From Naegleria gruberi (Eukaryota), in NCBI GenBank assembly GCA_000004985.1, contig GG738866.1: a stretch of DNA of 64,000 nucleotides; one strand, 5' to 3'. Shown in pieces: positions 54,977-64,000 of this stretch. Position numbers and translations under genes: made by a program. Below the pieces are notes generated by a model. The model saw only the letters and a program-made list of their open reading frames with translations, did no database searches and was not told the origin of the DNA. Positions within the stretch are counted from its first letter, which is position 1. Every line of letters starts with the position of its first letter.

Positions 54977-56797
54977 TTATTTGGATTTAATATCTTCAGA
55001 TTCAGAACCAGGCGAACTAATTTCTTCTAAACTGACATCCTGTTTCACAACTGGATGATTGGTATAGTGTTTCTTGAGTGCTTCATGACGACTCTGTAAC
55101 CAGTATTGTGAAATAAAGTATCCCAACATGAATATAAAAGCAGAAGGAACTAAAATCATCCACACAAAGCCCATAGCAATATCAATAGAGAAACTGTCTT
55201 GAAGTAAGCCAAAAAGGAATGGTGAAGGGAAATCACCCAAAAGATGGTACAATAGAATTTGCCAACTCACAGCATAATTTCTCAAATTCTTATGTTCAAC
55301 ACTATTTACAACACTGCATTGGAATGGACTAGTTGAGCAAAAGAGGAAGCAACATGAAATTCCAAATAAAACTAACAATAAATAAATATTGACAGAGAAT
55401 ATGAAGCATGGAATGACCCACGGGAATCCTAAAATGAGAAAGATTGTGCAGAATAACAATCCACGAGCTGCTCCCTTCATACCGTTTGACCCTCCAAATC
55501 TATCCACAATAAAACCACCAGACATGGTTCCAATAATTGATGCAATGAGCATGGCAATTGAAAATCCAACTGTTGCAATGTTGGCAGAGTCAGAATTCAC
55601 TGTAATTGAACTGTCAGCTTGTTTCATTTTGTGAAGAACATATGATGGTGCATAGAATTGAATAGCACCAATGCAAAAACTATATCCACAACTGCCCAAA
55701 GTTGCAAAGAAATACACTGGATTGCAGAATAAATATTTCAAAGCGGACCAGAAGGAGAATATTTGATACTTTTTCTTTTCAGCTTGTTGCTTTCTTTGTT
55801 CATTGGTAAAGCTAAGTTCCTCCTCATCCATTGGTTCGTTAATCATTATTTCATCATCTTGATAGTCGTCCTTTTTCTCCAAAAGAGCATCTTGTGAATC
55901 CTCACCATCGTCATCATCATCTGATAAATGTTCATGCTTATCTTGATGTGTTTCTAATTTGGAAATATTTACAATGGAAATTTCATCAGAAGATGCAACA
56001 TTATCCTTGTGTTCAATTTCCACACTCGTATTTGCAGGATCTGTTACTTCATCAGTTTTCTTTGCTCTGTTTGTTTTCACTGAATTTAAAGGAACAAACA
56101 AAAATAAACATCCAAAGAATAATCCAAATATTGCTTCAATATAGAAACAGTAAGTCCAACTTCCCAATCCAACAAGAAGAGGAGATATCGTATAACCCAT
56201 TGCTACACCAAAGGGTACTCCAACCATGAAGAAACTCCTAAAATTACCTTGTTACAAACAGTAACTAATCAATATTAACTTACATATATGTTGTTTTGTA
56301 TTCTTTTGAAGCTAGATCATCAATTAAAGTCACCGAAAGTGGGACGAAACTAGCTTCACCAATTCCTATCAAAGCTCTCGAAATTACCAATAAATAATAA
56401 CCCCACTGTTGATCAACACCATGCGACAATGTTCCCCACAAACCAGATAATACAGCACTATCATATCAAAATAATAATATTAATAATTAGAATTATAAAA
56501 ATTGTTATCATTATCATACCTTGCTGTCCAAACAAATAATCCAAAAGACATGATCAAATTCACTCGCACAAAATTAGCCATATATGCAAATACAGCACTT
56601 CCTATTGAAAATGTAATAATAAAAGAACTTCCGATTATTCCCTCTTGTTTTCCACTTAAATCCCAGTGAGCCTTTACATATGGTAGAACAGCAGCAATAG
56701 CTCCTCTATCAAAAAACATGAGCATCTCAACGATCGTCAATAGCAATAACAATGCCTTCGGATGCCGTGTAATAAATTCAAATATTGGAGGTATCAC
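54977..56797 (-). CDS. Spinster-like major facilitator superfamily transporter, three exons, at least 570 aa. The 5' end is unresolved.
   Basis: complement(join(54977..56237,56284..56457,56520..56797)). Exon A ends ..GLFVWTA at a GTATGA donor. A 62-nt intron follows. Exon B (..LWGTLSHGVDQQWGYYLLVISRALIGIGEASFVPLSVTLIDDLASKEYKTTYM) ends at a GTAAGT donor. A 46-nt intron follows. Exon C begins SFFMVGVPFGVAMGYTISPLLVG.. Spinster hallmarks: ..FFDRGAIAAVLPYV.. and ..RALIGIGEAS... A ~110-aa acidic loop is inserted mid-protein. The ORF opens with GTG, not ATG, so an upstream exon or start is likely. Confidence 0.7.
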
Positions 56798-57034
56798 ATG
56801 TTTTTGTTGTTGTAGCTGTGTTTGGTGTTGTTTTTTTGTTGTGTCATTTTTTGGCTAACAAAAGATATTAGAATTTGGCTCAATATCGAAAATGGCGGGT
56901 AATGAAGTCGGACACAGGTTATCCAACAGAGAATTAGGAATTGATTACAATAAAATCAAATATGAGTAAATTGTCAAATGAAAGTATACTATTCAATAAT
57001 TTAATAATTTACAATGTGTTGTTGGTGATGATTT

Positions 57035-58255
57035 TTAATTATTCTTGGTTGCTAATGATTTACAAATGGTTAACAAATCAGATTTTTCCACAATGTGAAG
57101 ATCTGGTTGGAGGAAGACACTTTTGTAATTGCTGGCCATGTAATCCAGGGTTGAACGTAAGAAAGTGTGAGATTGATGTTCCTTAGCAGCACTGTAGAAT
57201 ACAAAAATGTTTTCTGATGAAACAACCTTTCTGAAGAGATTGACACAATATTCAGATAATCCTGGTAACATTAATTGATCTGCCAAAACAAATGTTTCAA
57301 TCAAATGACATGGTCTTACATTTGTAAAACTACTGTACATATAATCCAATGCTGCAACTAGGGCAGGGAATGGAGCAAATGTGTCAACTACAATGGTATT
57401 ATTTACAGAGCTATCGATAAGAGTCTTTAAAAATGGAGATCTAGCAGCAAGGATAGCTTTCAAACATTTGATTTCTCTTCCAGAACTCTTATGAACGACA
57501 GTTAAATCAGCATGCAAACCACTCTTCAAAAGACTTCTATAAAATTTGCTAATTTCTGGAACTTCTTCCTTTTGAACACCTCCTTTTCCACAAATTTTGA
57601 CTGCATCAATTTCTGTCCAACCTCCATTCATACTTAAATCAATTCTAATAGCATTAGTTTTAAATCCTTTTACAGTCAATTCTGGAGCAAAATCTCTTGC
57701 TACATGGATACCATTTGTTGCAGGACCAGACCACAAAGTAACCCATTCATTTGAATTTTCACGTCTTCCACTAATTTTAGTAACAGATCCAGGTGTTGAT
57801 GATTCATAAATATGAACACTATAAACAGACATGACATGATCGTAACCCAATTCAATAAATTCAGGTCCTGTAGTATTATTTGGACACCAAGCAGAGCCAC
57901 TTGATGAATAGGTTGGATAGACCCTACAAGGACCTACCACATTATTGGCATGATAAGATGTTGGATCACCTCTTTAGAAAATAACAATGTCAACATTCCA
58001 TACAAACTGAAAAACAACTTACCCCCAGTAAGAGCTATACGAAATCACAGAAGAAGCCCATTGTTCGGAAGGTCCTACATCTTCTTCCTCTTCTTCATCC
58101 TCTTCATCTCCAAATTTATAGTCATCATAATAATCAGGTGCAATATCCTGCACTCTATACTTGCTATTGACCGATGCTGATGATGAACCTTGTTCTTCTT
58201 CGTTAATCAATACAATAGTCGAATCGTTGTTCTCTCTTCTTGGAATTGGGAGCAT
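57035..58255 (-). CDS. BTB/POZ-domain protein with an N-terminal galactose-binding/discoidin-like domain, two exons, 389 aa.
   Basis: complement(join(57035..57971,58023..58255)). Exon 1 (MLPIPRRENN...acidic...SEQWASSVISYSSYW) ends at a GTAAGT donor (phase 2). A 51-nt intron ends CTAAAG. Exon 2 carries a beta-sandwich-like region (..GPCRVYPTYSSSGSAWCPNNTTGPEFIELGYDHVMSVYSVHIYES...AIRIDLSMNGGWTEIDAVKI), then BTB (ADLTVVHKSSGREIKCLKAILAARSPFLKTLIDSS..IVVDTFAPFPALVAALDYMY) and a BACK-like tail. Confidence 0.7.
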
Positions 58256-58505
58256 TTTTTTTAAATGTTATTGTTTGAACTTGTGATGAGAGCATTAGCT
58301 GGAAAAATAGACAACTTTGATATCAGAGTTCATTCTGTCTGGGATGAACTTTGAAGTAGTAGTATTAAAGAATTATATTCATTTGTTTACAATTTTATTG
58401 ATTGAGTATTGAAAATTGTAATATCTATCTATTCACAATTAAATTGCTGTTCTTCTCATTAAATTCGATTTTAAAAAAACTCCGACAATTAATAGGAGAA
58501 GAAAA

Positions 58506-60323
58506 ATGAGAAAACTTGCCTCGTTTCTTGGTGGTGGTAAATCTTCATCATCAAATGGTTCTTCTTCATCACCTTCAGCATCGGGTACTAGTAATGAAAG
58601 AGTTTCATCCAACAAACAGCAAGGTTCCCTTTCTATAGTAACAACATCATCAATTGGTGTTGCCGTTGGTGATTCTTCATCATCTCCATCATCAAATAAT
58701 AATAACAATGGAAGTAAAACTCCAAGAAGTAATTTCTCTAGATCGACTAGTAATACTAAAATTAATTCTTCATCATCCTCTTCATTGGAAAGGAATAATA
58801 TTGAACAGGAAATTCAAAATATAATTTTTAATACTTCACAAATTAATACACTCTCCAAAGTACCTAATGTTCAACCGGAATATTATTTGAAAATTGTTGT
58901 TTTGGGAGGACCATCTGTTGGAAAATCGGCAATAATTAATAGATATTTGAAAAATAAGGATCATCCTGCTTTATCAGTAACAAAGAGTGGATTGTACATA
59001 CCAACAATAGGAGTCGACATGTATAGTAAGCCTGTTAAGAAATATAGAGATGCTTCGATAACAAAATGTAAATCAATTCAATTTCCAGTGAGATTGACGA
59101 TACTAGATGTTCCACATAGTGAATTTATGAAACAATCAGTGTCAAAATATTTTGAAAATGCACATGGAATAGTGTTAGCTTTTGATGTGACTAATATCAA
59201 GTCAATTAGTGCTATTGATCAGTGGCGATCCAAAATTCCATCACATCTCCTTACAAGTACAGTTTTACTTGCCCATAAAGCCGAGTTAAAGCCACACATT
59301 ATCACTCCAAACTCTCTAGATAATTATGTTAGAGATTCTGGATTATTGGCATGGTTTTCAACATCGATTAGAAATTTCCAATCCATCAATGGAGCATTCC
59401 AATACCTTGTCGATAGAAGTCTGTCAAAATTAATCAAAAAATATCAAGGACTGCCTACATTGAATCATCAAATGAATGCTGTCTCAATGGCTAGAAAATC
59501 TTCATCGATTCCATTGGCAGAATCCAAGTCTGATAACTTGGCCGAGTCTCTTCAATATTCCAATTCTGTAGAATCCAATTCTGATACAGGATCTATTTCT
59601 AAGGATGATTCCAAACAAATAGTGGAAGGATTTTCTACTCTCTACGACATGTTGGAGGACAAGAATCCAAATTTAACAATGGAATTTATAGAAAAATTCA
59701 GAAGTGAAATTACATCTTTTTATTTCCAATTATCAAGCAGATTTAAAGAGTTCAAAGTGGTATGTCAGAGTTGTGACACGAGCTCAAACGATCAAAAGTT
59801 GATGGATCTACTGATAAATGAATGTGATGCTGAAAGAATCATTCTCCTTAACAAATTAGCTCTCGTTGAAAAGGAACTTGTAAAGTGTAATAGTATCTAT
59901 ACGGAAAATAATACTCCCATGAAAAATCTCACCAAACTGTACATTGAACTCAAGAGAGAATTTTATATTGTAAAGATTGAAAAATGGATAAGTTTTTGGT
60001 ATTCCTTAAAATCAAGATTTTGCCTGAGTCAAATTTTCTACAAGGACACCAAACAAGATTGTCAACAATTACCAGAGATTTCGGAATCACTCTACAGCCA
60101 ACCTATCAATCAAAATATTGTAGCCAAACTGGAAAGCAGAAGGGCAAAAATTGAAAAACTCAAACAACATTCCAAAATACAATCTAAAGAAATATCTCAG
60201 AAAGAGGATGAAAATCTTGTAGAGAGTGATAGTACATTCTCTGTTATCAATCAAATTTTCAAAGCAGAAATGTATGTGGACATATTCCCTCAATTAACAG
60301 AACTCAATAAATTAAATAAATAG
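58506..60323 (+). CDS. Rab-like pseudo-GTPase, 605 aa: an intact P-loop with degenerate G3/G4 motifs and a long C-terminal coiled-coil.
   Basis: A Ser-rich N-terminus is followed by the G domain. G1 is GGPSVGKS and switch I is TIGVDM. G3 is LDVPHSE where the canonical form is WDTAGQE. G4 is AHKAELK where the canonical form is GNKxDL. A ~300-aa helical tail follows. Confidence 0.7.
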   Translation: MRKLASFLGGGKSSSSNGSSSSPSASGTSNERVSSNKQQGSLSIVTTSSIGVAVGDSSSSPSSNNNNNGSKTPRSNFSRSTSNTKINSSSSSSLERNNIEQEIQNIIFNTSQINTLSKVPNVQPEYYLKIVVLGGPSVGKSAIINRYLKNKDHPALSVTKSGLYIPTIGVDMYSKPVKKYRDASITKCKSIQFPVRLTILDVPHSEFMKQSVSKYFENAHGIVLAFDVTNIKSISAIDQWRSKIPSHLLTSTVLLAHKAELKPHIITPNSLDNYVRDSGLLAWFSTSIRNFQSINGAFQYLVDRSLSKLIKKYQGLPTLNHQMNAVSMARKSSSIPLAESKSDNLAESLQYSNSVESNSDTGSISKDDSKQIVEGFSTLYDMLEDKNPNLTMEFIEKFRSEITSFYFQLSSRFKEFKVVCQSCDTSSNDQKLMDLLINECDAERIILLNKLALVEKELVKCNSIYTENNTPMKNLTKLYIELKREFYIVKIEKWISFWYSLKSRFCLSQIFYKDTKQDCQQLPEISESLYSQPINQNIVAKLESRRAKIEKLKQHSKIQSKEISQKEDENLVESDSTFSVINQIFKAEMYVDIFPQLTELNKLNK

Positions 60324-60762
60324 TGCGTCATCTATAATTTCTGTAAAATATGTCAACCTGGACAATTAAATTAAAACCCAAAAAGTAATGTTAACTGAAA
60401 AGTCCCTTAGCTCAATTAAAAGCAACTAGCTCTCTAAACAAGTTGGAATATCGGTTGCTTAATATTATAAATAAATAAATATGAACTCGGGATCCGTTAT
60501 TAGCTATTTTGTATTTTGAGGGAAAATACAAAATGCAAAAAAATAGTAAAATTGATGCTGAAGAAAGTATGGAGGTTATTCACAGCCACCTCAAACTAAA
60601 GAAAAAATGGAAGAAGGAAAATTCATTCTGTTGTGGTTGTAGACTAGGTTTTTTATTGGATATTTCTTTTATCACGTTATTGCTCTTTCTTCTGTACATT
60701 GCCTTAGATCCTGAATTTGGTTACATCAGAGTTAAATTATACGAAAATTTTGGTATCAAAAC

Positions 60763-62973
60763 TTAATCATAGAATCGGAAACACTCTGAAATAGCATCAT
60801 TGGAAGGTGTCACTTTTCCTGCAGGTCTAATGTAATTTAAATAATGAATAGGAAGTGCTTTGTAATTCTTTGGATTAAAATCGGAATAGTCCTTAGGAAT
60901 AAACTTGGCAAATTGTAATCCTTTTAGATCACTGCAAAGTGGACCCTCATAATTTGCTCGTTTTGCTTCACAATTTATCATTGAGGATTGACCAACCATC
61001 GTTGAAGTATTGTTTGCTTGAACTTGATCAGCATACACATACTGTTGTTGTTGTGGGATAGTATTAGGGCCAACAGGATAATTTCCTCCTTGATACATTT
61101 GTTGTGGAGGATAATTATTGCTTGGATATTGAGATTGCATTTGTTGATTACCGTACATCATTTGGTATTCTTCAGGGGAGTAATAGTCAGAGTTTCTGGC
61201 CTTCATTTCAGAATTCATTTGTGGTTGCTCATTGTATTGTCTGATATTTTCCTTTTCTTCATCTGATTCCTCAATTGGTTCAACGAAGGCAGTCTTCTTC
61301 TCCTCTTTCCTAGGTCTGGATGATGATCTCTTTTTGGTTGTTGTCACTGGGGCAGAATCAATTTTATCGTCCAAGTCATTGTTTCCACCTCCATAAGAGT
61401 TTCTTTCTCTCCTTGATTCATTATTATACTTTTCAAATCTGTCGAAAGATTTCCAGTAGTATGATTTTGGTTTCCAAGGTTTGAAATCTTGCTCATCCAA
61501 AAGTTTCTTCCAACCATCATATTCTGCTGTTTTTTCCCTTCTTGCAACCACATCTTTAACAATTTGATTTGGATCTCTTGGAGCGACGTTGAATGTATTC
61601 ATATAGGTCTTATCACTCACAGGAGTTACATTGCTATGTCCATAAGGGAAGAATGGAGGTTTTTCACCTCTGTTCATATAGGTTTGTAATTCTCTTTGGT
61701 TCCTCTCAATAGTTTGCTTTTCCTCAGCAGCCAAACGTCCGTAGTACTGATCTTGTCTGTCAATAAGTTTCTTCTTTTGATTGGTTTCTTTTTGTTGAAT
61801 TTTTGAAAGAGTTCTATTGTAAACTTCAGCATACATTTCCTGTTTAGTTTTTTTCTTATCCTTAGTTGAACCATTATCTTCCGAGTAGGCCCCTCTTGAT
61901 CTTCTATCGATAGTCTCGCTCATTGGAGGTGGTTCAACTTTAGTGACCTCCTTCTTAGGTGGTTCCTTTTTGGTTGCTGGTGTTCCTGCCCCAGTTCTCT
62001 TCTTTAGAGAGGGTGACTTTGGTCGAGACACAGCTGCTGGAGTGGCACTTGGTTCTTCCATTGGTTCGAAAACATCTTGATAATCTTCATTTCCTCCAGT
62101 TGCTGGAGTAGGAACTGGAGTGATTGGCAAGCCTTGTTGATAATAGTCTGGATTGTAGATTTGAGTTAAACCAGTTGGGGTGGGATTCATTTGAGGTTGA
62201 CCGATTGTTGGAGAAATGAACAATTGTTGTTGACTATTGGTTGCACTTATTGAATCACTTGAAGAGTATGCTTCATTTCCGACAGGAGCAGAACATGAGA
62301 AGAATCCAAAGTTTTCTCGATGTTCAGTTACCCATTTGTTATTCATTTTAGGTCTTTGTTCCTTAACAGCTTCCAAATTGATCTTTTTCCTATTGTACTT
62401 CTTGTTAGGGAAATGAGCGAGAAATTCTTGACCTTCAACCTCTTGTAAATATTTTGGATTATTGGTTGATCCACTCTCAGGATAGCAACAAGGTTTCTTA
62501 GATGGATAATTGAATGTTCCTGGTTGAATTGGGATTTGATTATTGCTTGTATTCATTGAAGGTATTTGCTGTTGATTAGTGGAGATTACTTGAGCTCCAC
62601 CTCCACAACCACATCCTATATTAGTTGTTTGGGCAGACTCTTGTTGGGCTACTAGAGTTGTTCTTCCATAGACAGGAGTTGATGATCGAATATTTGTAGC
62701 AACACTTGTTGCAAACCTAGAGGAGGATGGTTGATCGGCACACTGATACTGAGGAAGAACTAAATTGTTATATTGAGGTTGGCATTGTCTTTGAGGGACA
62801 TATACTACAGTTGGATATTCGGGTGGAGTATAATTCCTTAACATGATGGATTGACTTGGTGGAACTGCATAATCAAGGCCGGGAACTTTAGAAAGACATT
62901 CCTGACAAGCCATGTCTCTCGATGATGTTGTTGGATTCATCACTGGAGTGCTTTGAGCAGCACTGTTGTACAT
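60763..62973 (-). CDS. Gln/Asn/Pro/Tyr-rich (prion-like composition) hypothetical protein, 736 aa.
   Basis: Single ORF. The N- and C-terminal thirds are Q/P/Y/N-rich (..QYPSNNYPPQQMYQGGNYP..). A central basic/acidic region (..EKPPFFPYGHSNVTPVSDK..DGWKKLLDEQDFKPWKPKSYYWKSFDRFEKYN..) has no assignable motif. Confidence 0.55.
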   Translation of the reverse strand: MYNSAAQSTPVMNPTTSSRDMACQECLSKVPGLDYAVPPSQSIMLRNYTPPEYPTVVYVPQRQCQPQYNNLVLPQYQCADQPSSSRFATSVATNIRSSTPVYGRTTLVAQQESAQTTNIGCGCGGGAQVISTNQQQIPSMNTSNNQIPIQPGTFNYPSKKPCCYPESGSTNNPKYLQEVEGQEFLAHFPNKKYNRKKINLEAVKEQRPKMNNKWVTEHRENFGFFSCSAPVGNEAYSSSDSISATNSQQQLFISPTIGQPQMNPTPTGLTQIYNPDYYQQGLPITPVPTPATGGNEDYQDVFEPMEEPSATPAAVSRPKSPSLKKRTGAGTPATKKEPPKKEVTKVEPPPMSETIDRRSRGAYSEDNGSTKDKKKTKQEMYAEVYNRTLSKIQQKETNQKKKLIDRQDQYYGRLAAEEKQTIERNQRELQTYMNRGEKPPFFPYGHSNVTPVSDKTYMNTFNVAPRDPNQIVKDVVARREKTAEYDGWKKLLDEQDFKPWKPKSYYWKSFDRFEKYNNESRRERNSYGGGNNDLDDKIDSAPVTTTKKRSSSRPRKEEKKTAFVEPIEESDEEKENIRQYNEQPQMNSEMKARNSDYYSPEEYQMMYGNQQMQSQYPSNNYPPQQMYQGGNYPVGPNTIPQQQQYVYADQVQANNTSTMVGQSSMINCEAKRANYEGPLCSDLKGLQFAKFIPKDYSDFNPKNYKALPIHYLNYIRPAGKVTPSNDAISECFRFYD

Positions 62974-63501
62974 TTTTTTTTAATTCTGTAAACGGTTTTT
63001 TAATTGGCGGCAGTTTTGAATGGCGCCAAATCTAATGTCTGTTGAAATTATTTGAAAAAATTGATATTGGGCAACTGAATTGAGGTACGATCAGAGTTTC
63101 TCAAGTTTTAAAATTATCAAACAAAACACAAAGATATTCATTTAATTACCTCTAAATATTGGTTAAAAGAAATAATAAATAATTGGTGGAATCAGTAGAA
63201 ATCCTGATTACTGATTGGTCGTGAAGGCTGCCCTTAAATTATCACAGTTAACTGTGTGAAACTTGTGATTGAAGAATGGTTGTTTACCTTGTAACAAACT
63301 TATTCCGAATCAATTAAAGGTTCAATTCATATTAAATTAATTATTAAGAATAACTTTACAAAAAATAAAAGAAACTTCTAAGGGTGCCCTTTTGAATAGC
63401 TCAAGCTTACAGTCAATAAAACGCACCTTAAAAGTCGTTTTTGAATTCAACGACAAGACCATTAAAACTAGCTGGCTGGAGCTTCTTCTGATACAAAACA
63501 A

Positions 63502-64000
63502 ATGCAAAATCAAAACTCGATTGCAACACTTTTAATTTTGAGTCTTCTAGTACTGGTAATAGAGGTTACACAAACGAAAAGAATACCTTCATTATCATCA
63601 CTCCCAAGAAGTAGTAATACGACTATTCTCATCAAGAAGACAATGGAAAATAACGCTGCAATTATTGGTCAAGGTGGAGAAGAACAATCATCATCATTGA
63701 TTCCTTTCGGATCAAAATTAATGAAAAATCAATTCTATTTGGATGCGAATTATACAAATTTAAATCACGGATCATTTGGAAGTACTCCTAAAGATGTGAT
63801 GGCTGCAAACTTTAAATATCAAAGTATGTTTTTATATTACAAAATTTAAATTTTAATAATATATTAATATTATTATCAATTATATTACCAGTTGATATGG
63901 AAGAAAAACCAGACCCTTGGTTTAGAATGACAGTCCTTCCTAAATATGATCAATCCAGAAAGATGCTCTCCAAGATTATTGGTTCTCAAAATGATGATGA
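63502..64000 (+). CDS. 5' part of a PLP-dependent class-V aminotransferase/C-S lyase-like protein, truncated at the window end. At least two exons.
   Basis: join(63502..63823,63892..>64000). Exon 1 has a hydrophobic N-terminus (SIATLLILSLLVLVIEV) and FYLDANYTNLNHGSFGSTPKDVMAANFKYQ, ending at a GTATGT donor (phase 1). A 68-nt intron ends TTACCAG. Exon 2 begins IDMEEKPDPWFRMTVLPKYDQSRK... The YLD.NyTnLNHGSFG start is typical of isopenicillin-N-epimerase/Egt2-like class-V enzymes. Confidence 0.45.

Noticed and set aside
1-64000. Dictyostelid (social amoeba) origin. This was my first impression, from AT-richness, poly-N/Q/S tracts and short GTATGT introns.
   Set aside because: An IFT54 gene is present and dictyostelids lack cilia and IFT. 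Introns of 43-52 nt, and the abundance of sensor-cyclase, F-box/LRR and DUF4116 genes, fit a flagellated protist (Naegleria-like) better. This remains inference.
1-64000. Prokaryotic or mobile-element features (CRISPR arrays, IS elements, operons, transposase or integrase ORFs).
   Set aside because: None are present. There are no repeat-spacer arrays, no terminal inverted repeats and no transposase or RT motifs. All genes have eukaryotic architecture.

Overview
This window is compact, AT-rich eukaryotic nuclear DNA, not prokaryotic. It carries about 35 protein-coding genes on both strands and one tRNA gene. It is roughly 60% coding, with intergenic spacers mostly 0.2-0.6 kb. Most genes are single long ORFs. 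Where splicing can be read, introns are very short (43-130 nt), AT-rich, with GTAAGT/GTATGT-type donors and YAG acceptors, and proteins often carry poly-N/S/Q low-complexity inserts. An IFT54/TRAF3IP1 gene means the source organism builds cilia or flagella. Together with the many sensor-cyclase-like, F-box/LRR, DUF4116 and degenerate small-GTPase genes, this fits a free-living amoeboflagellate (Naegleria-like heterolobosean) better than a dictyostelid; that is an inference, not a database match. Genes recognised from motifs: sulfiredoxin; tRNA-Thr(AGU); the DEAD-box helicase DDX6/Dhh1; signal peptidase complex subunit 2; IFT54; a NAF1-like H/ACA assembly factor; a long-chain acyl-CoA synthetase; a Spinster-like MFS transporter; and a TAP-like alpha/beta hydrolase. 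Also present are ankyrin and RNI-type LRR proteins, F-box proteins, a BTB protein, two Rab-like proteins with degenerate G-motifs, and a tandem pair of two-TM sensor-HAMP genes (one PAS-ending, one with a degenerate cyclase-homology domain). No single feature amounts to an obviously novel system. The most unusual items are the sensor/pseudo-cyclase pair (one copy broken in an A6 run), an F-box-Rab-like fusion with Gln-to-Asn in the catalytic motif, a second Rab-like pseudo-GTPase, a membrane-anchored P-loop protein with GxxxxGRS, a same-strand CDS overlap, and a 1.4-kb ORF-free region rich in TGATGA (C-box-like) motifs. Splice coordinates were derived by hand from the ORF track and should be treated as accurate to +/-2 nt.
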